A DNA stretch of 64,000 bases from Capsulimonas sp. Lineage in GTDB: Bacteria > Armatimonadota > Armatimonadia > Armatimonadales > Capsulimonadaceae. Below, in pieces: positions 49,940 to 59,013 of the stretch (position 1 is the first letter of the stretch; every line of letters begins with the position of its first letter). The DNA lies in the NCBI RefSeq assembly GCF_039928515.1, contig NZ_JBDSSZ010000114.1. One strand, given 5' to 3'. The notes under the pieces were generated by a model that saw only the letters and a program-made list of their open reading frames with translations, searched no databases and was not told where the DNA came from. Both the position numbers and the translations under genes were made by a program.

Positions 49940-51490
49940 ATGAAGAAGATACCATGCGCGATCAAGGCAAAGATCGTGGGCCAAATTGGGCTGCTGGCTT
50001 TGCTTGTTGGCCTGAGCTGTAGTATGCCGCAGCAGGCGGCGGCGATCGGCTCCGGCGACGCCGATTCATCCTTCAACGCATTCAACAATGCCTTTCTGGT
50101 AAATTCCGGCGGCCAGACCTATTACAAAGCGGCGCTGAACAACGCAAATGCGGACGGCACCTGGGCGGCCTCGCTGGACATTCTCGTGGCGGAGGACGCT
50201 TACGAGCGCACCGGTAGCGCCGCGCACAAGACGCTGGTGAATAACCTCTGCACGACCTGGCTCCAGAAGACTCCGCCGCCGTGGGACTGGGACGGCTGGA
50301 ATGACGATATTGGCTGGTTTTCACTGGCGCTGGTCCGTGGCTATCAGCAGACGGGCAACGCCAACTTTCTCACCCAGGCCCGCTATGGCTTCGATATGGC
50401 CTGGGCTCGCGGCTGGGATACCCAATACAATGGCGGCGGAATCTGGGAGCAGCAGCCCGAAAAAACTCCGGCTGGGCAAGCCATCAATAAAGAAGCTCTG
50501 TCCAACGACAGTCTGGGGAAAGTGGCTTGCTTGATCTACCAAAGCAATCACGATCAATGGTATCTGGACCGGGCGACCCAGATCTACGACTGGGTCTGGC
50601 ATCACCTTTACAACCCGAGCAACGGCCAGGTTTACGCCAATGTCGATCGTAACGGAGTGGTCAACACCGGCACAGCCGTCTATAACCAGGGGACGTTTGT
50701 GGACTTCGCCAATTACATGTACCAGATCACGGGAAACGTGAACTACTACAACGACGCCAAGCGAGCCATCGATTACGTCAAGAACAACATGACGACGAAC
50801 GGGATCATCAGCAACAACGCCGGTTACCTGAACACCTGGGCGGATGAGTTTGCGCGTGGCCTGGGACATTTCTGCCGGGACAACCGCCAATGGGGAACTT
50901 ACTATCCATGGATGGTGCAGAACGCGGACGCCATCATGAACACCCGGCGCACCGATCTCAACATCACCTGGAACGGCTGGACTCAGCAGACTCCCAACGA
51001 CAATACCTTGATCGCGAATAAGTTCGCCAGCGCAGTGGCCTGGCTGCAATTCACTCCGGCGACCCAGCCCAACAACATTGCCGGTACGCACGCGATTGTC
51101 AGCAAGCAGAACGGCATTGCGATCGATAATGGCGGCAGCGCCGCCAACGGGGGCGGCGTGATTCAGTGGGGTTTGAACTATGGCCAGAACCAGAAGTGGA
51201 ACTTCACCCAGAACGCGGATACCTCCTGGAACATCGTCAGTCAGTCGAGCTGGAAGGCTTTGGATAATCCCGGCGGTTCCGCGACCAACGGTACACAGAT
51301 GGTGCAGTGGACTCCGACCCGCGATACGAACCAGCGCTGGTGGGTGGACGTGCAGTCCGACGGCTCGTACAAGATCTGGAACCAGCAAAGCAGCCTGGCG
51401 CTGGATAACTCCAGCTCCAATACCAATGGACAGGCGCTGATCGAATGGATTTGGAACGGTGGAACCCAGCAGCGCTGGCTTCTGCAGTAA
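49940..51490 (+). CDS. Secreted GH76 with ricin-B lectin, copy A2
   Basis: GWNDDIGW, GGGIWE, VYNQG; AAGGAG RBS; closely similar to A1. Confidence 0.88.
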   Translation: MKKIPCAIKAKIVGQIGLLALLVGLSCSMPQQAAAIGSGDADSSFNAFNNAFLVNSGGQTYYKAALNNANADGTWAASLDILVAEDAYERTGSAAHKTLVNNLCTTWLQKTPPPWDWDGWNDDIGWFSLALVRGYQQTGNANFLTQARYGFDMAWARGWDTQYNGGGIWEQQPEKTPAGQAINKEALSNDSLGKVACLIYQSNHDQWYLDRATQIYDWVWHHLYNPSNGQVYANVDRNGVVNTGTAVYNQGTFVDFANYMYQITGNVNYYNDAKRAIDYVKNNMTTNGIISNNAGYLNTWADEFARGLGHFCRDNRQWGTYYPWMVQNADAIMNTRRTDLNITWNGWTQQTPNDNTLIANKFASAVAWLQFTPATQPNNIAGTHAIVSKQNGIAIDNGGSAANGGGVIQWGLNYGQNQKWNFTQNADTSWNIVSQSSWKALDNPGGSATNGTQMVQWTPTRDTNQRWWVDVQSDGSYKIWNQQSSLALDNSSSNTNGQALIEWIWNGGTQQRWLLQ

Positions 51491-51527
51491 GCCCCCAAGA
51501 AACGACTAGGATTTGGAGAACACCACG

Positions 51528-53066
51528 ATGAACACCCGCTCGACACGCAAAAAAATGACTTCTCACTGGACAAAGCGCATCGGCTTTGCAGCATTACTGG
51601 GGCTTTCGATTACGCTCGCCGGCGCGCCTGGCGCCCACGCGCAAAACAGCGCCAACGCCGACACCGTATATAACGGCTGGCTCAATGCGTACTTGATCCG
51701 CTCCGGCGGACAGACCTACTTCTGCAACAGCCTCACCGATCGTTCCCGCGCCTTTATGTGGGGTCAGGCTTATATGATCACCGGCGTGGAGGACGCCTAC
51801 GATAAGAATAAAGCGGCGGATCGAAAGCAGCTCGTCACCGATCTTCTGAACACCTTCATCGCGAATGAGATCACGCCGGACACGAACAAAAACCTGGCGT
51901 GGGACAGCTGGAACGACGATCTGGCGTGGGCGATTATCGCGCTGATCCGAGGCTATCAAATTACCGGCAATACCGCTTACCGAGACGCCGCCGTAACAAA
52001 CTGGAACGTCGTTTACAACCGGGGCTGGGATAATACATTCGGCGGCGGGATTTGGGAGAATATGGATAACGTCCCCGCCGGCGGCAAAGGCGGGCTGAGC
52101 AACTGGCCGATGGTGATCGCCGGCGGCCTCATCTATGATTCCACCGGCGACGCCACGATCTTGAGCAAAAGCCAGTCCATCTACGCCTGGGCGCGGTCGC
52201 ACGCCTACGATCCCAACAACGGCCGAGTCTACGAAGGCTGGAACTCCACCGGCATCTACGGCGACGATAACGCCTATAACAGCGGGCTTCTTGTCAACTC
52301 GGCCAACGCGCTCTATAAGATCACGCGTACGACTCAGTATTACAACGACGCCGTAACGGCCGCCGCTCATGTGATCAACAAATACCCCATTTTGAATGAA
52401 GACCATCCCGCGAATGGGGACTTTGGAGGCGATCAGTTCTACCGGGGCCTGAGCCTCTTCGCCCGCCAAAATAATCTCTGGAACACCTACTGGCAATGGC
52501 TGGAGAACAACGCCGCTTCCGCCTGGAATAACCGGCGAACGGATTCCAATGTCTCCTGGAACAACTTCACTTCGCCCACCACGACCGGCAATCTCCGCGC
52601 GATGGAAGCCGAAGGCTCGGTTGTCGTGCAGGCGGTCTCTCAGATCAATCCCATCAGCGGCGTTCACACCATCTTCAACCAGGCGAACGGCTTAGTGATT
52701 GACAACGCCAGCACCAACACCCAGGGCGCGGGCGTCATCCAATGGGGCTGGAACAGCGGCAGCGCGCAGAAGTGGATCTTCACCCAGAATTCCGATAGCT
52801 CCTGGAGTATTGTCAATAAATATAGCGGCCAGGGGCTGGATAACGCCAACAGCACATCGAACGGAACACAAATAATCCAGTGGGGCGCGAGTAGCGGCAA
52901 CAACAACCAGCGCTGGTGGGTGGACCAGCAGTCCGACGGCTCCTACAAGATCTGGAACAAAGCCAATAGTTTGGCGCTCGACAACAACAATATGAATACG
53001 AACGCCGCTTCGCTGATCCAGTGGGGCTGGAACGGCGGCGCTAACCAGAGATGGTATCTCAAATAA
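51528..53066 (+). CDS. Secreted GH76 with ricin-B lectin, copy B1
   Basis: FMWGQAYMI, SWNDDLAW, GGGIWE, AYNSG. Confidence 0.88.
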   Translation: MNTRSTRKKMTSHWTKRIGFAALLGLSITLAGAPGAHAQNSANADTVYNGWLNAYLIRSGGQTYFCNSLTDRSRAFMWGQAYMITGVEDAYDKNKAADRKQLVTDLLNTFIANEITPDTNKNLAWDSWNDDLAWAIIALIRGYQITGNTAYRDAAVTNWNVVYNRGWDNTFGGGIWENMDNVPAGGKGGLSNWPMVIAGGLIYDSTGDATILSKSQSIYAWARSHAYDPNNGRVYEGWNSTGIYGDDNAYNSGLLVNSANALYKITRTTQYYNDAVTAAAHVINKYPILNEDHPANGDFGGDQFYRGLSLFARQNNLWNTYWQWLENNAASAWNNRRTDSNVSWNNFTSPTTTGNLRAMEAEGSVVVQAVSQINPISGVHTIFNQANGLVIDNASTNTQGAGVIQWGWNSGSAQKWIFTQNSDSSWSIVNKYSGQGLDNANSTSNGTQIIQWGASSGNNNQRWWVDQQSDGSYKIWNKANSLALDNNNMNTNAASLIQWGWNGGANQRWYLK

Positions 53067-53116
53067 ACGGCGATCGCCGTTTTTCTTTTGTTCACTTCAC
53101 CCTTGGGAGACTAAAA

Positions 53117-54259
53117 ATGACTGTGTCCGCATATAAAAAAAAGAACGCTTTCTCTTTCGCCTCGGTCTGCCTGGGCTCCCTGATGATGCTGACAGGGATT
53201 TCCTCGGCGGCGCAAAGCGCGGGATTGCGCCTGATGCCGATTGGCGACTCGATCACGTCGGGATTCCAAAGCACCACCAACAACGGCTACCGGGGACCGC
53301 TCTGGAGCACACTGAAAAACCAGGGCAACGCCATCGACTTCGTCGGCGCCATTCGGGATGGCGTGATGTTCGATCCCGACCATGAAGGCCATTCCGGCAA
53401 GCGAATCGATGAGGTCGCCGCACTGATCAACGGTCCATTAGCGACTTATCAGCCCAATCTCGTCACGCTGCATATCGGCACCAACGATCTGGGGCAGAAC
53501 TATAACGTTTCCACCGCGCCCAACAGACTGGCTTCACTGATCGATCAGATCTTCAACACCGACCCCGGCGTCACTATCGTGGTGGCTCAGCTGATCTGCA
53601 ATAAGGACGCAACGGTTCAATCGCGCATCAACTCCTATAACAGCCAGATCCCCGGCATCGTGCAGGCGCGGGCGAACGCCGGCAAGCATATCACCATGGT
53701 CAGCATGAGTTCGCTCAACACGGGAGACTTGTACGACAGCACACATCCCAACGACGGCGGCTATCAGAAGATGGCCAACGTCTGGGCTGGCGGCGTCCAG
53801 CAGGTCATCGCCAACGGCTGGGTCTCCAACATCGATTTCGCCGGCTACTTTGAGATCAAAAACGTCTACAGCGGACTCTCGCTGGATGTCTCCGGCGGCT
53901 CCACCACCAACGGCGGAATCGTCATTCAGTATCCCTACGGCGGCGGCTCCAACCAGTTGTGGAACTTCATCCCTACCAGCAGCGGCTACTACCAGATCAA
54001 GAATGCGTACAGCGGCCTGGATATCAATGTCTCCGGCGCCCGCACCGACAACGGCGCGCCTATTGTCCAATGGCAATTCGGCAACCAGGGCAACGACCAG
54101 TGGCTGCCCACCCGTCAGAGCGACGGCTCGTATGTGTTTACCAACCGGCACAGCGGCCTGGTTCTGGACAATCCTGGCGGAACAACGCAGGGCGCGCAGC
54201 TTGACCAATGGGGTTCGAACCCAGGAACCAACCAAAGGTTCTATGTGGGCGCCCATTAG
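53117..54259 (+). CDS. Secreted SGNH/GDSL esterase (CE3-like) with ricin-B lectin
   Basis: MPIGDSIT, HEGHSG, HIGTND, DSTHPN; ricin QxW repeats. Confidence 0.9.
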   Translation: MTVSAYKKKNAFSFASVCLGSLMMLTGISSAAQSAGLRLMPIGDSITSGFQSTTNNGYRGPLWSTLKNQGNAIDFVGAIRDGVMFDPDHEGHSGKRIDEVAALINGPLATYQPNLVTLHIGTNDLGQNYNVSTAPNRLASLIDQIFNTDPGVTIVVAQLICNKDATVQSRINSYNSQIPGIVQARANAGKHITMVSMSSLNTGDLYDSTHPNDGGYQKMANVWAGGVQQVIANGWVSNIDFAGYFEIKNVYSGLSLDVSGGSTTNGGIVIQYPYGGGSNQLWNFIPTSSGYYQIKNAYSGLDINVSGARTDNGAPIVQWQFGNQGNDQWLPTRQSDGSYVFTNRHSGLVLDNPGGTTQGAQLDQWGSNPGTNQRFYVGAH

Positions 54260-54364
54260 CCCTGAGGCCCCTTCGCACGACGCAACCGCCTGGGTGAAAA
54301 ATTTCTTCCGCCCAGGCGGTTGCGCGCGCCTTGGATGCGGATCCACTCACTACAAAGGAACACC

Positions 54365-55855
54365 ATGAAAACAACGAAGACGAATCTTATGACGAGCTTG
54401 GTGACTACGCTCCTCACCGCAGCAACCCTCCTTCCCGCCCCCACGGCTCACGCCCAAAACGCCGCAAACGCCGACGCTGCTTATAACAGCTTTCTATCCG
54501 CCTACCTGGTGCGATCTGGTGGTCAGACTTACTTCGTCGATGGCTTGAACAAACGCGACAAGGCGTTCTTCTGGGGTCAATGCTACATGATCACCATGGT
54601 GGAGGATGCCTACGATCGGTCTCCAACACCGGCCAACAAACAGCTCGTCATCGATCTGGTCAATTCTCAGTTCAATCAGGATACCTACAACTGGTCGTGG
54701 GACGGCTGGAACGATGACGTGGAATGGGGAATCATCGCGGCGATTCGCGCTTACGAAATCACTGGCAACACCACTTACCGAGACGTCGCCGCCAATAACT
54801 GGAACATGGTTTGGAATCGCGGATGGGACGGCGTCGTGGGCGGAGGCGTCTGGGAAAACGGGGATAAGTTCAGCAAATGCGCTTTGAGCAATGACCCGAT
54901 GATCATCTCCGGCTGCTTGCTCTATCAAGCCACGGGCGACGCCACCTATCTGAACAAGTGCACACAGCAAATCTATCCCTGGATGCGAAGCCATGTCTTT
55001 GATCCTTCCACTGGACAGGTTAACGAAGGAGTGACGAACACTGGCGCCCTTCAATCGTCCCGCAATGTTTATAACAGCGGGGCCTTCATCCTTGCGGCCA
55101 ACGCTCTCTACAAAGCCACGGGGAACCAGCAGTATTATAACGACGCGAAACTCGCGGCCGATTTTATCGTCAACTCCACGCCTACTCTTTATCACAATGG
55201 CGCGGACGGATCTTGGGCGGACCAGTTCGTGCGCGGCTTGAGCAGATTCGCGCGTGAAAATAACCTCTGGGGCACATACAGCGGCTGGCTGAATAATCAA
55301 GCGGCCGCTGCATGGAATCATCGACGCACCGATAAAAATCTCACGGATAACAATTGGCTGGCAAATACTCCTGGCGGCGAGACATACGCCATGAACGCCC
55401 TCAGCGCGGTGGTGGTCCAGCTGGTTACTCAGATTAATCCTCTGACCGGCTCCCATGTGATTGTGAGCAAAGTTAGCGGCAAGGCGGTGGAGAACGGCGG
55501 CAGCATGGCCAATAACGCCGGGATCATCCAATGGGGTAAGGGCGGCCAGCCATGGCAGACCTGGAACTTCACACAGAACTCGGATACCTCGTGGAACATC
55601 GTCAACGCGTACAGCACACAGGGGCTGGATACAGGCGGATCCACGACGAACGGAACGCAGCTCATCCAGTGGCCCGCAGACAGCGCCAACAACAACCAGC
55701 GCTGGTGGGTGGACGGGCAGTCCGACGGCTCCTACAAAATCTGGAGCAAGGCCAACAGCAGATCCCTGGATAATTCCGGATCCACCGTGGACGGGTTCAA
55801 AATTATTCTATGGGATTGGAATGGCGGCAACCAGCAGCGATTCCTCCTTCAGTAA
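54365..55855 (+). CDS. Secreted GH76 with ricin-B lectin, copy B2
   Basis: FFWGQCYMI, GWNDDVEW, GGGVWE, KCALSN, VYNSG. Confidence 0.88.
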   Translation: MKTTKTNLMTSLVTTLLTAATLLPAPTAHAQNAANADAAYNSFLSAYLVRSGGQTYFVDGLNKRDKAFFWGQCYMITMVEDAYDRSPTPANKQLVIDLVNSQFNQDTYNWSWDGWNDDVEWGIIAAIRAYEITGNTTYRDVAANNWNMVWNRGWDGVVGGGVWENGDKFSKCALSNDPMIISGCLLYQATGDATYLNKCTQQIYPWMRSHVFDPSTGQVNEGVTNTGALQSSRNVYNSGAFILAANALYKATGNQQYYNDAKLAADFIVNSTPTLYHNGADGSWADQFVRGLSRFARENNLWGTYSGWLNNQAAAAWNHRRTDKNLTDNNWLANTPGGETYAMNALSAVVVQLVTQINPLTGSHVIVSKVSGKAVENGGSMANNAGIIQWGKGGQPWQTWNFTQNSDTSWNIVNAYSTQGLDTGGSTTNGTQLIQWPADSANNNQRWWVDGQSDGSYKIWSKANSRSLDNSGSTVDGFKIILWDWNGGNQQRFLLQ

Positions 55856-55863
55856 ATTCCGTA

Positions 55864-55906
55864 CAAATCAGCCCCGCAAGCGACAATCGCTTGCGGGGCT
55901 GATTTG
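55864..55906. terminator. Terminator hairpin between the convergent GH76 cluster and GH43
   Basis: CAAATCAGCCCCGCAAGCGA-caa-TCGCTTGCGGGGCTGATTTG. Confidence 0.75.
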
Positions 55907-55952
55907 CGCGTGAAGCCTGAAGGCAACCGCGCAATCCCAATTCCGTGGTGAC

Positions 55953-57491
55953 TCACAAAGCGTGGTAACGGAAATCGCTGAAGCGCGCTTCGCCGGTCGC
56001 GCTCGCCGCCAGCGCGATGCGCAGAGCCTGAAATCCCCCCAGCTTATTGACGTTGAAGTCGGACGCGTCGAAATCCTTCACCAAGCTTTGCCAGTGACGC
56101 CCGTCGTCGCTGGCCAATACCTCGATACGGTGGCGACGGTTCACGATCTTCAGGTGCGCCGCGCTCCCCGTCCAGGGCCGATCCGCCAGAGTTTCCTTGG
56201 GACCGTAAACGCGCAGACGCCCGCTGCCCAGTTCGGCGAACAGCCAGTGGTCGGGGTTATAAAACAGCCCCAGCGCCGCGCCGCAGCCCCCCTTCGGCGA
56301 CGCCACGACCTGCGCTTCATAGCTGGCGTCGCGCGCCATCACGGTGAGCGGCGAGCTGTGCCCGGGCGTGTCGCCCTTGGCGCCCACCGTGAGCGCGCCG
56401 TGTCCTGTATGGAAACGGCTCATGTCGGCTTCGCTCCAAGCCCCCCAGGTCGCCTTGAGCGCTGGCGCGCGGAAGTCGTCAGACAGCGAAAGCATCGGCT
56501 TCTGGGCGACGCCCATCGGCGCGGGCATCGGCTGGTCGCGCCGCGAGCCAAGCGGCGCCTGCGGCCAGCCGTCGTCCGTCCATTCGATCGGCTCCAGCAG
56601 CGTGTGACGCCCCAGCGACTTAAAGCCGTTTCGGTAGCCGTGGTAAACGAAGTACCAGCGGCCATCGGGCGTGTCCACGAGCGTTCCGTGCCCCACTGAC
56701 CACCAGGTCTCATCCTCGCTGTACGTGTGGATGAGCGGGTTGTGGGGCGAATTTTCCCACGGGCCTAGCGGCGAACGGGAGCGAGCCACGACGGCCATGT
56801 GGCTGGTGGGCGGTCCGCTGGTGCCGCCTTCGGCGCAGATCAGGTAGTAGAAGTCGCCGCGCCGGGTCAGCTTGGGGCTCTCCAGCCAGAACCCTTCCGT
56901 CTTCCATTCCGCCGGGAACTGCCAGCCGTTATAAACCTGCTTTTTTTCTCCGACTGCGGACAAGCCGTCGTCGCTCAGCTCCACCATGTGGCCGCCCGCC
57001 GTATAAAGATAACGTGTCCCGTCCGGCCCAACGATGTGGCCGGGATCGATATCGTCGACCTTCAGTTCGATCGGCTCGCTCCATGGTCCGCTCGGATGTT
57101 CCGCATGGACGACAAAAATGCCTCCCATTGGGAAATAGATATAATAGTGTCCCTTGTGTTCGACAAGATCAGGCGCCCATACCTCCGCCCTTTCGTAGGA
57201 ATGGCTGAGCGCCTTCGAAATCGGGGTCCAGTTCACCAGATCGCGCGAGTGCCAGACCACTAGGCCTGGCGCATAGCGGTAGCACGTGTGGGTGAAATAG
57301 AAATCCTTGCCGACGCGCAGGATCGTAGGATCCGCGTAGTCGCCAGCAAACAGCGGATTTTGAAATTGGGCGGCTTTTCGCTCACGCGGGGCGCGTCCCC
57401 ATGCTGCGGGCAAATGACTCGCCAACATCGTCGTTGACGCTCCCGCCGCCAATTGCAGCAGCGCGCGGCGAGATAATTTCACTTCATTCAA
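55953..57491 (-). CDS. Tat-exported GH43 glycoside hydrolase with C-terminal beta-sandwich
   Basis: LSRRALL twin-arginine signal; NPL..GDYADPTILR, WAPD, IDPG, ESPKL, GHG.LV. Confidence 0.9.
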   Translation of the reverse strand: MNEVKLSRRALLQLAAGASTTMLASHLPAAWGRAPRERKAAQFQNPLFAGDYADPTILRVGKDFYFTHTCYRYAPGLVVWHSRDLVNWTPISKALSHSYERAEVWAPDLVEHKGHYYIYFPMGGIFVVHAEHPSGPWSEPIELKVDDIDPGHIVGPDGTRYLYTAGGHMVELSDDGLSAVGEKKQVYNGWQFPAEWKTEGFWLESPKLTRRGDFYYLICAEGGTSGPPTSHMAVVARSRSPLGPWENSPHNPLIHTYSEDETWWSVGHGTLVDTPDGRWYFVYHGYRNGFKSLGRHTLLEPIEWTDDGWPQAPLGSRRDQPMPAPMGVAQKPMLSLSDDFRAPALKATWGAWSEADMSRFHTGHGALTVGAKGDTPGHSSPLTVMARDASYEAQVVASPKGGCGAALGLFYNPDHWLFAELGSGRLRVYGPKETLADRPWTGSAAHLKIVNRRHRIEVLASDDGRHWQSLVKDFDASDFNVNKLGGFQALRIALAASATGEARFSDFRYHAL

Positions 57492-57613
57492 ATGGATCGC
57501 TCACTTTCCTGGGCGCCGGGCAGCAATTGCCGGACTTGACGGCATTCTTCGTGGAATGCAGACGTCCTGATACGCCTGTAACTTCTGAGTGTCTTAGATC
57601 TCTGAGACTAGGT

Positions 57614-57677
57614 AATTCTAACATGTAAAGGGACCATAGTCAACAATGGAGCCATTAATGAATTTTCATGGAGCCGT
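57614..57677 (-). promoter_or_regulatory. sigma70 promoter of GH43 with three operator-like boxes
   Basis: Minus strand TTGACT-ATGGTCCCTTTACATGT (17 nt)-TAGAAT; further boxes ATGGAGCCAT 57646 and ATGGAGCCGT 57668. Confidence 0.8.
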
Positions 57678-57734
57678 TTCATGATACCTTTATGGTGTAT
57701 TTAAGATTATCGGCGTAGAGGAGATGAGAGGCGG

Positions 57735-58334
57735 CAGATATCCAAAGCCTGACAGTCAATGGTCAAAGCTCCAACTCCCCATGGCTTCGCTTCGCAAGCA
57801 TCGCCTATGGCGCGACGCTCGCCTACACCATGGGAACCAACGCGAACACCACTTGGAGGTCGAACCTTTCCCTCGCCCCGCCTTCCTACACCGATGGATG
57901 TCCACGCCGCTCACACAGAACTATTTCTGGTGGACCAGTCTGGAAGCGGGCGAATATCAGCCGACCTGGACCAACAACGTCGATATCTCATCTCCCGGAG
58001 GCAATCTCTCCCACGTCGGCCCCGTGCTGAGCGGCGGATCGGGACCGGAGATGGGAGTTCGCACCGAGAGCAGCCAAAGCGGCAAATCCTCGCTTCTGTA
58101 CTCCGGGAGTTCTCAACGCGGCGCGGCGGTGCACGCCTATCTGAAGGCGTTCGCCTCCACCCCAACGCGCAAAGCGGATCGCTGGCGCTGGATACCTGGA
58201 ACTACGTCTCAGTCGATCTGACCCCGCTGGCCGGCAAGACCGTCAACCGCGTCGACTTCGGCTACGACAACCCTAACAGCACCGGCGGGTATCGCGGCTA
58301 TGTGGACGACATCGCCTTCACAACGCCCGGCTGA
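57735..58334 (+). pseudogene. 3' remnant of a GH92 (alpha-1,2-mannosidase-like) gene, split over three frames
   Basis: IQSLTVNGQSSNSPWL...GATLAYTMGTNANTTW...APPSY (GH92 C-terminus), then TSLEAGEYQPTWTN... and LHPNAQ...WNYVSVDL..LAGKTV.RV.FGYDNP...YRGYVDDI in other frames. Confidence 0.7.
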
Positions 58335-58439
58335 TACGCTCGTTACGAGAGTACATCCCCGAACACAAAACCCCATCGGCCCATAGAGCCGTCGGGGATT
58401 TGTGTTCCGTCAACAAAGAGAATAACGACGCGGACGCCA

Positions 58440-58799
58440 TCATCGTTTCCGATAAAACACACCATTCCCCACAGAATTGATTGCATTGGGTGTATATGAC
58501 ATTTCAGTTACGTGCTGAAATTCATGGTTGCTCATCTCATACAAAAGGATGGTCTTGCCCTTGATCTTATAAGCGCCCGCGACGTGTCGGCGGCTTGTCC
58601 CAAAGCGGCCGACGTGGCCATAAAGCAGCGTTCCATTCGGGCGAAGTATGATAGACTGTACGCCCTTAGTTCGATCTCGACGGATATACACCTGGTCACT
58701 CTTTTGTAGGGGACGCGAACGAGCGAAGGCGGCGACGGCAATACCGGCGAAAGCCGGAATAAGCAGAAGCAGACTAACAATCTTTAAAGGTTTGAGCAT
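58440..58799 (-). CDS. Small basic exported hypothetical protein
   Basis: 119 aa with signal-peptide-like N-terminus. Confidence 0.5.
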   Translation of the reverse strand: MLKPLKIVSLLLLIPAFAGIAVAAFARSRPLQKSDQVYIRRDRTKGVQSIILRPNGTLLYGHVGRFGTSRRHVAGAYKIKGKTILLYEMSNHEFQHVTEMSYTPNAINSVGNGVFYRKR

Positions 58800-59013
58800 G
58801 CCAAAATCATTATGGTTCGCGTTCTAACATTCCTCCTTGAGCGCCACGCTGATTTGCGGGCGATGCATCTCTCCATCGCGGGAAAGCCAAATTGTGTGGT
58901 AAGATCATGCAGTTGCGATTGCGCTGGCGTTCTGCGCCATTTGCCCCGCTCCCCGGTAACAAATCGGCGCGTGGGGTGTTATAATAGTAGAACGCTCAGG
59001 AAAGACGGTTTGT

